DNA from: Mustelus asterias
Lineage: Eukaryota
Assembly: GCF_964213995.1 (NCBI RefSeq)
Contig: NC_135810.1
Coordinates: forward strand, 67,704,001 to 67,768,000
Direction: 5' to 3'
Length of the DNA stretch: 64,000 nucleotides
Shown piece by piece: positions 12,358 through 25,004 of this stretch. Positions within the stretch are counted from its first letter, which is position 1. Each line of letters starts with the position of its first letter. The notes under the pieces were generated by a model, which did no database searches, was not told the DNA's origin, and worked only from the letters and a program-made list of their open reading frames with translations. Position numbers and translations under genes: made by a program.

Positions 12358-12581
12358 TCCAAGTGGCTTTGCTGGCAGGATTCCATTCTTTGTTCAAAAG
12401 AGACTTTTTGAAGGCCAGTACTGAGAGTGATGGGTAATGGCAGTTACCACCATGTAATGGCCATGATATCAGACCAGCAAATAGTGGTCCCATTTGAAAA
12501 ACAAAATTTAAATAAGAGAATATGGATGAGGGACATATTAAGATTTTCTTACTTCATCAGTTGTTTACAATCCATGACAAT

Positions 12582-13520
12582 TTAGATAGCTTTACTCCTG
12601 CACTTTTTCTTCACAAAATCGATATCATCATAGGTAAAATCTTGTAAGGATGCATTTTCAATTGTCATTATTGCTGAATTTGTCAAATGTTCCTGACTCA
12701 TCGTAATTTGCAGATCATTTTAAACTTTTCAATACAGAAAATGAACCAAAAGCATTTGTGATAGGTATTGTTAACAATATTTTCAAAATAGTTTCCACAT
12801 TTGAAACCATCATGTACACATCTGTAGAAATCAACTGGTGATATCAAAGCACATTGGTAACAATGAAATGAATGAATTGTTTCTCTTCAGCTTCAGAAAG
12901 ATTTGTGTCCATGTCCTCCTGATAGAATTCAGTTAATTTCTTACTGCAGTGTCTCTTAACATTCTCATCCAAACTTCTGTCAAAAAGCACAATTCAACAG
13001 TTTTCTTCAGAGGTTCATTTTTACTCCTCAGTTACACCATTATTGTATCACAAATAACACTGACTGTCTCAATGATGATCTTTTTCCCTTTTAAAGTGAT
13101 TTCATTGTCTCTAGTGTTATCAAAAATTAACTTCCTGTGTCTTGTATGCTTCTCATCATCAGAGGGACTTGTATTTTTGTTAATGTTAGTACCCCTGCTT
13201 CCAATGAGATATAGTGATTTTGCAGTTCCATGACAAAACTTATAACTAAGATCAACAATTGTGAAGCATTCAATAAAGTTGTATCAACATTTTGCAGTGA
13301 TTTGCTGATGGCATTGATTCTTTAAAGTAAACGGTTCCACGAAAAAGTAAAAACCTCAATACCGTACTTTCAAACTTCTCTGCTAAGGATTTTGCTTCAG
13401 CTTTTACACGGGATTTCTCTGAATTAAATGTGGATATGTCTGATAAACATTCCTTTATATTAACAAAGATTGGTTTCAAAGCCAAAAGAGCATCTGCAAG
13501 AGCGGACCACCCGGTGTCTC
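12582..13520 (-). pseudogene. hAT-superfamily transposase remnant, C-terminal half
   Basis: Minus strand reads DTGWSALADALLAL (TRW-like motif) and the hAT dimerisation domain ILLTIPITNAFG-SFSVLK...TMSQEHLTNSAIMTIE; frameshifted. Confidence 0.8.
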
Positions 13521-13559
13521 ATTCATTTTCCATGCACTTCCTCCAAGTGTGATTGCAGC

Positions 13560-13990
13560 ACATTCCACTGATACATCGAGAGAGGTTGGTCAGGCTGGGC
13601 TTGTTTCTGCTGGAGTTTAGAAAAGTGAAGGGTGACTTGATTGCAGCATTTAAGGTCCTGAGTGGTTTCAACAAGGTAGCCATGGAAGAGATGTTTCCTT
13701 TTGTGCATGAGCCCAGAACTAAGTTGCACTGTTTTAAAATTAGGGATTACCTTTTAGGATGGAGATGAGGAGACATTTTTTTCTTCCAAAGGGTTTTGTG
13801 ACTTTGGAACTCTGCCTCAGGAAGCAGTGGAGGTGGGGGTCATTGAATATTTTTAAGTGGACATAAATTTTTGTTAAGCAAGGATTCAAAGTTTATTAAA
13901 AGGTAGATGGGAATGTGGAATTTGAAACACAAACAGATCAGCCATGCTTTTGGTTTAATGATACAGCATGCTTGAGGGGACAAATGACCT
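13560..13990 (+). mobile_element. CR1-like LINE 3' fragment
   Basis: ERLVRLGLFLLEFRKVKGDLI motif and the typical 3' UTR. Confidence 0.75.
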
Positions 13991-13996
13991 AGTAGT

Positions 13997-14225
13997 TGTA
14001 ATAACTCACAAAGTCAACTGGGAAGGAATGGCATTTATTGTTCATACTTATGTCCCAGCTGGAACAGAGTTCTGTAGACCCTTCCTGGTGTTTGCCCTAT
14101 AAAGGGTTTATGTCATGAGTTCCAACAGGGCAGGCAACTGCCGGTTGCCAAGGGAACTTGTATTCAATGAGTCTTATAGGGAGATCAATTAGTGATTCCC
14201 GATGGAACTCATGGGAGTTATCACA
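13997..14225 (-). mobile_element. Probable solo Gypsy-type LTR
   Basis: TGTAATAACTC...GAGTTATCACA inverted ends; AATAAA on the minus strand; no clear TSD. Confidence 0.45.
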
Positions 14226-15027
14226 ATATGTAACCAGTGGCTCTGACATCCATCATTATGAAGTGCTTTGAAAGGTTAGTCATGGCATGCATGAACTCCA
14301 GTTTCCCAGATTGCCTGTACCCACTACAGTTCGCCTATCGGCACAATAGATCCACAGCAGATGCCATCTCGCTGGCCCTACACTCAAGCCTGAAACACCT
14401 GGATAACAAGAACACTTATGTGAAATGCCTATTTATTGACTCAGCCCAGCCTTCAACACCATTATCCCAACAAAACTCATCTCCAAACTCCATGGCCTGG
14501 GGCTCATCTCCTGCTTCTTCAGCTGGATCTTAGACTTCCTAACCTTCTCCACGAGTATCCTCAACACTGGTGCTCCACAAGGCTGTGTCCTCAGCCCCTT
14601 GCTATACTCTTTATATACTTGCTATACTCATACAATTATGACCGAGTTGCCAAATTCCACTCCAACTCCATTTTCAAGTTTGCTGATGACACCACCATAG
14701 TAGGTCGGATCTCAAACAATGACAAGACAGAATACAGGAAAGAGAATCTGCTGAAATGGTGCAATGACAATAATCTCTCCCTCTATGTCAGTAAAACGAA
14801 AGAGATAGTATTTGACTTCAGGAAGCATAGTCGACATGCCCCGTGTACATCAATGGTGATGAAGTGGAAATGGTCGACAGCTTCAAGTTTCTAGGTGTCC
14901 AGATCACCAACAACTTGTCCTGGTCCCTCCACGCTGATGCAATAGTTAAGTGCACCTATGCCTCTACTTTCTCAGGAAGCATGTCTGCCACAGCTCCCAA
15001 CAATTTTTACAGATGCACCATAGAAAG

Positions 15028-15711
15028 TGTTGTAGGCAAAAATACGTCAGACTATTCGTAGGTCAAAATACAGTGGTTTATTTGCACAATTGTGGGAGAC
15101 ATCCGATGCCTAACACGGCCTCAGACCTCTCAGCAAATACAGGTTAAAAACATATATTTATACCCCCCCTGTCACGTCCGTAGTTTCCCAGGCCCCTCAG
15201 GTTCCCAGGCTGTGGCTTGTCTTCCATCGTGTGAACCTTGCTGCCTTGGCGGTTTCTTCACGGTTGTCTCAAGGCCGTGAGTGTTGTTGCCCTCTGTGGA
15301 CACCTGTGGGGTGTCCCACTAACGTACAAGGTTACAGATCCGAACAAACAAGTTAACTGGCATACAACAATTTATATATGTTCGTAAGTACTTGTATAAT
15401 GTATATCGGTACAGGTTATGATGAATATGTATGAATGCATCATTATACGATCACAGAAGGCCTGTATGTAGGCTCTACTGTTACACAGCAGTACATATTA
15501 AAGAATACAAAATGGCTACCAGTTAGCCACATTCCTGAACACGATTAGCCGGGAAAAACATAACAGCAGCTACTACTCTTATCTGTTCTTGGATACATGA
15601 GCATGAAAACACCCTAACGTAAACATGAGTTCTACAGTGTTTCTCACACAATCTCTAAATATCACTTTGACAATTCAAGTATGAGAGTTCATTAACCCAT
15701 TCCCGTCTTCA
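15028..15711 (-). mobile_element. Solo LTR (684 bp) with 5-bp TSD GAAAG
   Basis: TG...CA ends; GAAAG at 15023-15027 and 15712-15716; minus-strand TATAAATA (~15155-15162) and AATAAA (~15077-15082); Rex1 sequence is continuous across it. Confidence 0.8.
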
Positions 15712-16027
15712 GAAAGCATCCTTTCCAGATGTATCACAACTTGGTGTGGCTCCTGCTGTGACCAAGACTGCAAGAAACTACAAAGGGTTATGAATGTAGC
15801 CCAGTCCATCACGCAAACCAGCCTCCCATCTTTTGATTCTGTCTACACTTCCCGCTACCGTGGAAAAGTAGCCAGCATAATCAGGGACCCCATGCACCCT
15901 GGACGTACTTTCTTCCACCTTCTTCCATCAGGAAAAAGTCTGAGATCATGTACCAAACGGCTCAAGAACAGCTCCTTCTCCGTTGCCATCAGACCTTTGA
16001 ATGGACCTACCATATATTAAGCTGACC

Positions 16028-16285
16028 TGTGTGGAGTTTGCACATTCTCCTCGTGTCTGCGTGGGTTTCCTCCGGGTGCTCCGGTTTCCTCCCACAGTCC
16101 AAAGATGTACGGGTTAGGTTGATTGGCCATGCTAAAATTGCCCCTTCGTGGCCTGAGATGCATAGGTTAGAGGGATTAGCGGGTAAATATGTAGGCATAC
16201 GGGGGTAGGGCCTGGGTGGGATTGTGGTCGGTGCAGACTCGATGGGCCAAATGGCCTCTTTCTGCACTGTAGGGTTTCTATGATT
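16028..16285 (+). mobile_element. HE1-like V-SINE, 5'-truncated
   Basis: TGTGTGGAGTTTGCACATTCTCC...GGTTTCCTCCCACAGTCCAAAGA V-domain. Confidence 0.85.
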
Positions 16286-16919
16286 TCTCTCCACCCTACC
16301 TATGACTGTAACACTATATTCTGCACCCTCGCCTTTCCTTCTCCACTATGTACTCTATGAACAGTATGTTTTGTGTACAGTGCACATGAAACAATACTTT
16401 TCACTGTATCCCAGTACATGTGACAATAAATCAAATTTTATACCTTCACTTAAATGCAACTTTCATAATTTGGAAAGTTTGCTTTTTGTTCTGTGGTTTA
16501 CCATTACTGGTTTGTTCATTTCAATTGATTGTGATTAACGTTTTAGTTAAATGCGTTTTTAAGATTATATTGAAATGTATCTGTATTTTTGCTATTAATG
16601 TGTTCTTCCCTCAGTTTTAAGTAGCATTAAAAACTTCAGTACTCCTTTTCTGATATAATCCTTTGTAATGGATATGCTGAAAGGTTGGGGTGAGTTTATG
16701 GAATGGGAAGTAACTCATGGAGTATAAACACCAGCACAGAGTGATTGGGCTGAATGCCCTGTTTCTGTGCTGTATACTGACATGTATCCCTGGATACTTT
16801 TGTTTCCCTACTCCATTTAGACTCTTGTTTTTGAAGAAGTGAACAGCCTTCTTATTTCACTTGGAAGGAAAGCAAACTAAGTACACGAAAGGCTAAAGGA
16901 AAAATTGAAGGATTGAACA

Positions 16920-17552
16920 GACAGTGGACTGCATTTAATGCTGGGGCGGGGCTCGTTAATTGGCTTGAGACAAAATGTCTGCCCCATTGGAGAGGAAGTC
17001 TCCCCTCCTCAGAACTGCTGGCCAATCAATTGACTGACTGGTCGCCCCACTGGGAGCAGCAGCGATTGCTGGCACTGCAGTAGACCTGGAAAGATGTGTC
17101 ATGTAATGGAGTTGGACTTGAAAGTAAGCTTAGTGTCTTGCCAGGACCAGGATGGATAGGCCAGCAGACAAGTAGAAGCACTGGGGGCAGAATACCTTGG
17201 GGTAGAAGGGAGGGGTCTCTGGGAATAGGAAGCCTAATAAAGAGACATTCTCCTCCACTTGCCCAGCAACCAGTCCCCCCAATGAACATGGTGGGCTGTA
17301 CAATTTGTGCGAGCCTCCCACCACCATGGATGAATTCCCAGCAGCAACAGGCAAAGGCCCTTAAATGGCCATTAATGGTCCACAGACAGGCGGGCCATCC
17401 AGCGCCTCCCCTCCCTCTGGTAAAATTGCAGGGGTGAGTGCATGGTGGTAAGGTGAAATGAAATGCAGCCCTGGCATGGTTTCCAATTTTATGCAACCCC
17501 CCCAAAGCCACGCTCCTCCATTATGCCACTGGGGAGCTGTAAAGTTTAGCCA
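16920..17552. mobile_element. Probable decayed Harbinger-type non-autonomous element
   Basis: GC-rich; ends resemble the MITE termini seen elsewhere in the window (TAAAGTTTAGCC); internal palindrome TTAAATGGCCATTAA. Confidence 0.35.
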
Positions 17553-17949
17553 ATTAGTCATGCATTTTGAGTGGGATCCCAAAAATTTAAAAGTTGTGTT
17601 AAATATTGTGTATTGTAGTATTTTTAAGTTACTTTCTCATACATTTTAAGTTGTTTTATGTTTTGCAATTGATTCCTTAATTTTAAATGGAAAAATCAAA
17701 GTGATAAATGGATTCTCACAATTCAACCAATTTATCACTTATCCAAAGGCTACCTGAACAGTCAATCTCCCATATAAAACTCCCCACAGCCCGAATGCAC
17801 AAAGGCAATCTATCCCTCCAGAATCAGCCCACTGCGCTGTAACATCCTTGTCCAATTCCCCACCATATAGAAAAGAATTATTCTCCAATGCTCCCGGTTC
17901 ATATATAATCTTTTCCCTCTCTAACCCAGTTAAGTTGATATAAAAGAAA

Positions 17950-18040
17950 AAATTGTGAGGAACACTGAGCAGCTCCAGGACCATCTGTGGAGAGAGAAAC
18001 AGAGTTAATGTTTCAGGCACGTAACCCTTCATCAGAAATT
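17950..18040 (-). mobile_element. Penelope pLTR fragment with degenerate hammerhead core
   Basis: Minus strand CTGATGAAGGGTTACGTGCCTGAAACATTAACTCTGTTTCTCTCTCCACAGATG; related fragments at ~790-860, ~33300-33378 and 55858-56039. Confidence 0.6.
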
Positions 18041-18109
18041 ATTGAAGTTGGTATTCTTCTGCTCCCCCAGTTCATACTGGGGCTCGCTCTCCCAAAACCT
18101 GTTCCGCTA

Positions 18110-18520
18110 ATGCCTGCACTCTCTTCTCCTCTTCTCCAAAGTGCCATAGCCAGCATCTCCCTCTTTCTCCCAAAGCATAATTCCAGTTCTCCTCCTTTCC
18201 CTCTCTCACTTTTAAACATTCTCCTTTTTCGTTTCATTATCATCCATTTTAATTTTCGTTATTGTCATTGATTTTCTCTTTTATTGCCATTTATTCTATC
18301 TCCTCTTTCATTCTATTCTCCTTCCTCTCTCTGTGTTCTTTCTGTCATTTCTCATCAACTTTATTCTTGTTATGCTTTATAGAAATCCAGCCCTTCCTTT
18401 CCCTTACCATTCCTTAACTTGTCCTATCTGTGCAATATACCCCTCCTTTCCTTTCATGAAGCATTCTCCCACATCTCTTGGCATCCATTTCTACTCTTTC
18501 CACATATTGCCTGCTCCTAT
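18110..18520. repeat. Pyrimidine-rich low-complexity tract
   Basis: Strong C/T bias on the + strand. Confidence 0.6.
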
Positions 18521-19156
18521 CCAAGTCTGTGGCTAATACAACAGACAGGATCCACCTCTTGGACCTGATTTTCCTGACTCAGCAGATCCACCTCAGTAGA
18601 AAGTGCCTTATCAGAATCTGAGGGCACAGGGACAGGGTAGAATCAGACCTACTGGTCTTGATCGCCAAGGTGAGCAGTTCAAAGAGCCTGTACCCATCCT
18701 CTGGGAATTTGTCCCAGTTGTTTTGTTAAATTTTAGGCCCTCACCCCTCATAGTCTAGACCTCTCTCTCATAGCCTATTATCTCCATACATGGCCCCTTA
18801 TAGCCCCCCAAGACAACATATATCAACCCATCCAACCTTGCCTTAAAATCTTCCGTGCCAACTCAATAAGTATGTACCACAGGCAGATCTAGGGCGCCAG
18901 GTTATGACAAAGTTAAAAAAGTTTTAAGTATCAATTACAGCATTTGCCACTTTTAAAAATCATTCCCATTCAGGAAAACCCATGCAAAAAAAATTTCTTT
19001 TCAATTGCTTAATCCCTTATATAAACAAACAAACTTCTATTCATAATCTCACAAAGGCAACATATCCATTAACAACTTCGAACAATCCATCAAACAGCGG
19101 ACTTAGGACACCCTGCTGAGATTATTGCTTGTGGAAAGCAACCAAACATAATGATA

Positions 19157-20730
19157 TTGTGGTAGTCCTTGGAGAAGCATCACCATTGTAGATGTCAGAG
19201 CAGCCTTCTCGAAGGTCAACCCACAGAAAGCAACTGGCCCAGCTGGGATACCCAGACGAGCACTCAGATCCTGCACAGATCAGCTGGCGGGGGTATTCAC
19301 AGACATCTTTAACCTCTCTTTACAACAATCTGAGGTCCCTATCTGCTTCAAGTAGATGACCATCATCCTGATACCTAAGAAAAACCAAGCAGCATGCCTT
19401 AATGACTATTGGCCGGTGGTTCTGACATCCATCATTATGAAGTGCTTCGAAAGGCTAGTCATGGGACGAATCAATTCCAACTTCCTGGACTACCTCGTTC
19501 CACTATAGTTTGCCTACCGCTGCAACAGGTCCACAGCAGACGCAATCTCCCTGGCCCTGCACTCAACCCTGGAATGCCGAGATAACAAGGACACCTACAT
19601 CAGACTCCTATTTATTAACTATAGCTCAGCCTTCAACATTATTATTCCCATGAAACTCACCTCCAAAGTCCGTGCCTGGGCCTCGGCATCTCCTTCTGCG
19701 ACTGGATCCTGAACTCCCTAACCCACAGACCACAATCAGTAAGGCTAGGCAACAACACCTCCTCCATGATCATCCTCAACACCGGTGCCCCACAAGGCTG
19801 TGTTCTCAGCCCCCTACTATACTCCTTATACATCTATGATTGTGGGGCCAAATTCCCCTCCAATTCGATTTTCAAGTTTGCTGACGACACCACCGTAGTG
19901 GGTCGGATCTTAAACAATGATGAGACAGAGCACAAGAATGAGATAGAGAATCTGGTGAACTGGTGAGGCAACAATAATCTCTCCCTCAATGTCAACAAAA
20001 TGAAAGAGATTGTCATTGACTTCAGGATGCGTAAAGGAGAACATGCCCCTGTCTACATCAACGGAAATGAAGTAGAAAGGGTCGAGAGCTTCAAGTGTTT
20101 AGGTGTCCATATCACCAACAACCTGTCCTGGTCCCCCCCATGCCGACACTATAGTTAAGAAAGCCCACCAACGCCTTTACTTTCTCAGAAGACTAAGGAA
20201 ATTTGGCATGTCAGCTACGACTCTCTCCAACTTTTACAGATGCACCATAGAAAGCATTCTTTCTGGTTGTATCACAGCTTTGTATGGCTCCTGCTTTGCC
20301 CAAGACCGCAAGGAATTACAAAAGGTCATGAATGTAGCCCAATCCATCACGCAAACCAGCCTCTCATCCACTGACTCTGTCTACACTGCCCGCTGCCTCA
20401 GCAAAGCAGCCAGCATAATTAAGGACCCCACGCACCCCGGGCATTCTCTCTTCCACCTTCTACCTTCTTCCTTCGGGAAAAAGATACAAAAATCTGAGGT
20501 CACGTACCAACCGACTCAAGAACAGCTTCTTCTCTGCTACTGTCAGACTTTTGAATGGGCTTATCCTGCATTAAGTTGATCTTTCTCTACACCCTAGCTA
20601 TGACTGTAACACTACATTCTGCACTGTCTTGTTTCCTTCTCTATGAACGGCATGTTTTGTCTGTATAGCACGCAAGAAACAATATTTTTCACTATGTTAA
20701 TACATGTGACAGTAATAAATAAAATCAAAA
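19157..20730 (+). mobile_element. Rex1 LINE, 5'-truncated, RT domain through 3' tail
   Basis: [39 protein letters not shown]; stops present; tail AATAAATAAAATCAAAATC. Confidence 0.9.
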
Positions 20731-21099
20731 TCATCATGCATCTATTGAAACAGATAAAACAGAGTTTTTCAATGCTCACTGATGCCGACAGGCTTTTTTA
20801 TTTTTAAAAGGATGGAGATTTAAATAACATCCACAGATCTCATCCACCCTTAAAAAGCATTTGTCTAATCTAAATATCCATGACTCCCACACTGTGGGTT
20901 AAGACCCTTGTAAAAGCAAAAATGGGGCCTGAAGTGGCCCTGTTGTGTTCAATTTTCCCTCATGTATGAGTCACCCACACCCCTTTTCTCAGCTGGCAAA
21001 ATGGGATCTGTCACCTAGCGGGTGGGACTTCCATATCCAGGTCCTGCCTACCATTTTTAAAGGTCCAACAATTGAACAACATTGTGTGCCAGTATGGTA

Positions 21100-21655
21100 C
21101 AAAGTGCATATTCTATGCATCTCAGTAATTGGCTGATGGAATCAAATTGCATAATCCTTTGTTTGTAATAGGCTGAGTACAGACTGTACTCAATCAACCT
21201 GCACTTGCAAAAGCCAGAACAGTGTGTCTTGGGTTAGATGTGATTCCATAATTGTGTCGCATTTTCAGAACAATCCTGAATGAGCTAGTAGCTACACTGT
21301 CAGATAATTAGTCCAATTTTGGATAATTAGCCCAGATTGTAAGGTAGCTCATTTACGCTTGCTGGAAGTAACATACATCCATGCACAGGGACCTATTCAC
21401 TGCAGACAGAAGGAATATATTCAAGCCTTCCATGTATTTTGAATTACCCAGAAGCTTTAGGAGCTGAAAGTTTCCTGTTTCTTTCTCCATGGCAATACCA
21501 TGGCCATTCAACACCCATTTCCCATTTAGTGTAGATTATTGTGAACTGTTGAAATTAGGCACTCTTAGGTTTGTCCCAATGAGTGCAAGGTGAAAAGCTT
21601 TGGCAACATGTCTCACTTTGGAGCAATATTCAGGTTCTGTATTCCCAAGTGAAAG
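21100..21655 (+). mobile_element. Old Penelope-like fragment of a second family
   Basis: Translates ...HLRLLEVTYIHAQGPIHCRQK (PLE endonuclease C-terminus-like); downstream CCAATGAGTGCAAGGTGAAAAGCTT resembles a decayed hammerhead. Confidence 0.5.
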
Positions 21656-22702
21656 TTTTAGTCACTTTAATGAAGGAGGGATCTATTTGCATTGGAAGCA
21701 GTTCAGGGCAGGTTCACTAGGTTGAATATTTTCAAGCATTTTGTGGATTTCCGACGGTGTTTCAGAAAGCCATCATTTTAAATATATGATCTGACCTTTG
21801 GGGCTGGTACTTGGCTTTAAAAAATTGCAGTGAGAATGGGAACTGACTACAGACTTGTGATTGGAGATGCAACAAGTGGGATAGAGACAGAGCTGCACCT
21901 CCAATCACAGATTCTGTCTTTCCTGTGCTCTCTGTTCCAGCTGCTCCAATCACAAGTTCCCTCCCTTCTGATCTTGTTGCTCCTCCAGAAGGAGGAGAGC
22001 AAAGGCGAGAGGGAGAAAACTGCGATTAGAGTTCCAGAAACAGTCGTTTTGGCTGATCCTGCTACTGCCATGTGGGAATCTTGACTAGTTGCTTTACACA
22101 GAGGGCGAGGAGAAACAGTAAAAGCAAAAAGTGGAGGGAGTCTCAAAACCTGGAAAACATTCGCTAGTAATGAAATGGGGAGCAGTCCCTGCGGGAGCCA
22201 TCACTCAGCCTCATGCCAGCCTGTCTGTTAGTCAGTATTGAGAGAAAGTTGCACTGTTGAGTGCATGGTGCTGAAGAAACACTAATGCCAGTGGGTCAGG
22301 ACTGAGAGAGAACACTGCATTGTTCAAGGGCCTTTAACAAAGGAGTACTGCACTATATGATATTTCAGTCGGGTTTGCATTTCTTATTTAATAATGAGAC
22401 AACTGGAAGGACAGCATCCTGGCTAGGTCAAATGGCTGTTAGATCTAGAGTGCAAAAATAAGCCTAACGGCATTTCTCTTACATTACTTTCACAAATTCA
22501 CCCATTTGAAGTGAACTAGAAGTTTCTGCATTTGACCACAGATCATAAAAAGTTCTGCAATTTTCTGCCTCCTCGCTGCAGTGACTTTGCTGCTTTGAGC
22601 TCGAATATGTAAATATTTAATGAAAAATTTTCAGACATTTTTTCCTTCAGCCACACTCGGCCCTAGTTTAGAAGATTGAAAAAATTTCTTATTAAAACAC
22701 AA

Positions 22703-22838
22703 GGGGGGAATTTTCCCATCCCACTCGCCATGGGAATTGTAGCAGGCGGAGGGGGAGGGGGGTGGACCATGCAAAGGTCCGTTGATCTCGGGTGGGATTT
22801 TCCAGTCTTGGGGCGAGTGCGGCTAGAAAATCCCACCC
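22703..22838. mobile_element. Short MITE with GGGNGG(A/G)ATTTTCC-type inverted termini (Harbinger-like)
   Basis: GGGGGGAATTTTCC...AGAAAATCCCACCC; related elements at ~42819-42954 and ~57883-58260. Confidence 0.6.
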
Positions 22839-22839
22839 A

Positions 22840-23170
22840 GGATTCTGAGGGGGCTTGACAGTGTGGATGCTGAGACAATGTTTCCTCTTGTGAAAAAAAT
22901 CTAGAATTAGGGGGCACAGTTTAAAAATACAGGGTGTCCCATTAAGATGGAGATGAGTGGAAATTTGTTCTCTCAAAAGCAGGTCATTAAGTGTTTTGAA
23001 TTCTCTTCCTGGGTGAACACTGGAGGCTTGGTCATTGAATATATTTAAGGCTGATTTAGACAGATTTTTATTGACATGGGAGTCTGGTGTTCTGAAGGTG
23101 CAGGCAGGAAAGTGAAGGTCAGGATCAGATCAGCCGTGATCTTGTTGAATGGCAGGCCAGGCCTAAGGTT
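22840..23170 (+). mobile_element. CR1-like 3' fragment
   Basis: Similar to the 3' regions at 13.6-13.9 kb and 56.1-56.4 kb. Confidence 0.65.
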
Positions 23171-23274
23171 CTCCAGCCCCACAACCCTCCAGTATGCTTG
23201 GATTCTGGCCTCTTGAGCATCCTCCACTAACTCCTCAACAATTGGTGACTGTGACTTCAGGTTTCAAGATCCTG

Positions 23275-23510
23275 AGTGAGTTTCCTTCGGGTGTTCCGTT
23301 TTCCTCCCACAGTCCAAAGATGTGTGGGCTAGGTTGATTGGCCATGCTAAAAAATTGCCCCTTAGTGTCCTGAGATGCGTAGGTTAGAGGGATTAGCAGG
23401 TAAAAGATGTGGATATGGGGGTAGGGCCTGGGTGGGATTGTGGTCGGTGCAGACTCGATGGGCTGAATGGCCTCTTTCTGCACTGTAGGGATTTTACGAT
23501 CTTCTATGAT
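23275..23510 (+). mobile_element. HE1-like V-SINE, 5'-truncated
   Basis: V-domain and tail match 40697-41043. Confidence 0.85.
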
Positions 23511-24194
23511 CTAAGCTCTGAAATTCCCTTCCTCACTCTTCCCCTTTTAAGTTGTTCTTTAAAAGGTATCTCATCTGTGCTAATTTCTCTTTATGTGGTT
23601 CAGTGCCAAATTTTGTTGAACAACACTCATGTTAAGTGCCTTGGGATATTTTGCTACATAAAAGGTAGGTACTATATAAATCCTTGTTGCTGTTAATAAC
23701 AGTGGGTACAGATAAATTAGTTTGCAAATGAAATCTTGACTGTATTTGGTGATACAGCAACTGCAGAAAGTGCACATCTTTTTGGAGGCTGGTAAGTGAC
23801 CCATATCCCGCTGTTTAAATGGAATATTTTGTAGTTTGCGGCACTGTAATTAATCCCAAAAAACTGACTAAATCTGACATCTGAATTTGGACTTCATCTC
23901 AAAATTTAATTTCAGTAATATTCAGTGTCCAACATTCCAACCTTATTGAGGGGGAATAATAACAGACAAGCACAGATGGGTTGAGGTTGAGTGTGTATTT
24001 GAAATCCAGGAAAGAGAAGCGTTACTCTTGTCCAGCATCAATTTGCAGGTTCAGTTGAAAAGTGTTTGACCGTGTGGGAATGACCTCCATTGATACAATC
24101 TTTAGCACATGTGGGTGGACAATTCAGACAGCATTTAATCTCTCAGTACAGTCAATGGGGAGCTTTTGAAATTAATTTAACTTTCCTCCTCCTC

Positions 24195-24605
24195 TTGACA
24201 AGACGGATTCCAGGGATGAGGGACTTACGAGGATGGATTGGAGTAGCTGGGGTTATTTTCCTCAGAGAGGATAAAGGTGAGAGAAAACTTGATGGAGGTA
24301 TTCAAAATCATGTGAGATCTAGAGGAACCATCCCATTGACGGAGAGCTTGAAAATCAAAAGGCATCAATTTGAAGTGATTGGCAAAACAACCAGAGGCGA
24401 TTATGAGGAAAAGCTTTTTATGCAGCAAGTGGTTAGGATCTGGAATGCATTGTCTGAGAGTGTGGTAGAGGAAGATTCAATCATAGCTTTCCAAAGAGAA
24501 TTGGATAACTATCTGAAGAGAAAAGATTCTAAGGACTACAGGTAAAAGACAGGAGAGTGAGACTAGCTGAATCTCACTATCACTGAGTCCTACAGAGCCT
24601 GCACA
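24195..24605 (+). mobile_element. Old CR1-like 3' fragment
   Basis: FMQQVVRIWNALSESVVEEDSIIAFQRELD C-terminal motif. Confidence 0.7.
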
Positions 24606-25004
24606 GACATAGTGGGGGTGCTTTCCTGGCCCCATTACACTCAATGTAAATCCCGCTATGTTGGGAAAATTTGACAAGAGGTCTAAAATAGGATTGCAGT
24701 GGGTGCAAAACACCTTAGATCTTTCTGGGCCCTTCCAGCAGATGTAATCAGGTTCATGCCCAGCAAGGGTGTGAACCTGATTACCATGTATTTAAATATA
24801 CAAAATCAGCTTAATGCTGGAACTTCCGGCAATTTCATTTGTTCCCACCCGCCATGACATAAAGCCGGTGGGAAGCACTATTGGTCTCTACAAATGGAGA
24901 CCAGACATGATGACCATGTCAGGGGGCTCAGAGGTCAATGCAGTCCCTGGGTGATCAGGAATGAAAAAGAAAGATAGATAAATTTATTGAAAGGAGAAAC
25001 ACGG

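Larger units (their letters stand above)
14230..16436 (+). mobile_element. Rex1 LINE with internal deletions, split by a solo LTR and a SINE
   Basis: [36 protein letters not shown]; sequence resumes at 15712 after the TSD; tail ACAATAAATCAAAT. Confidence 0.85.
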
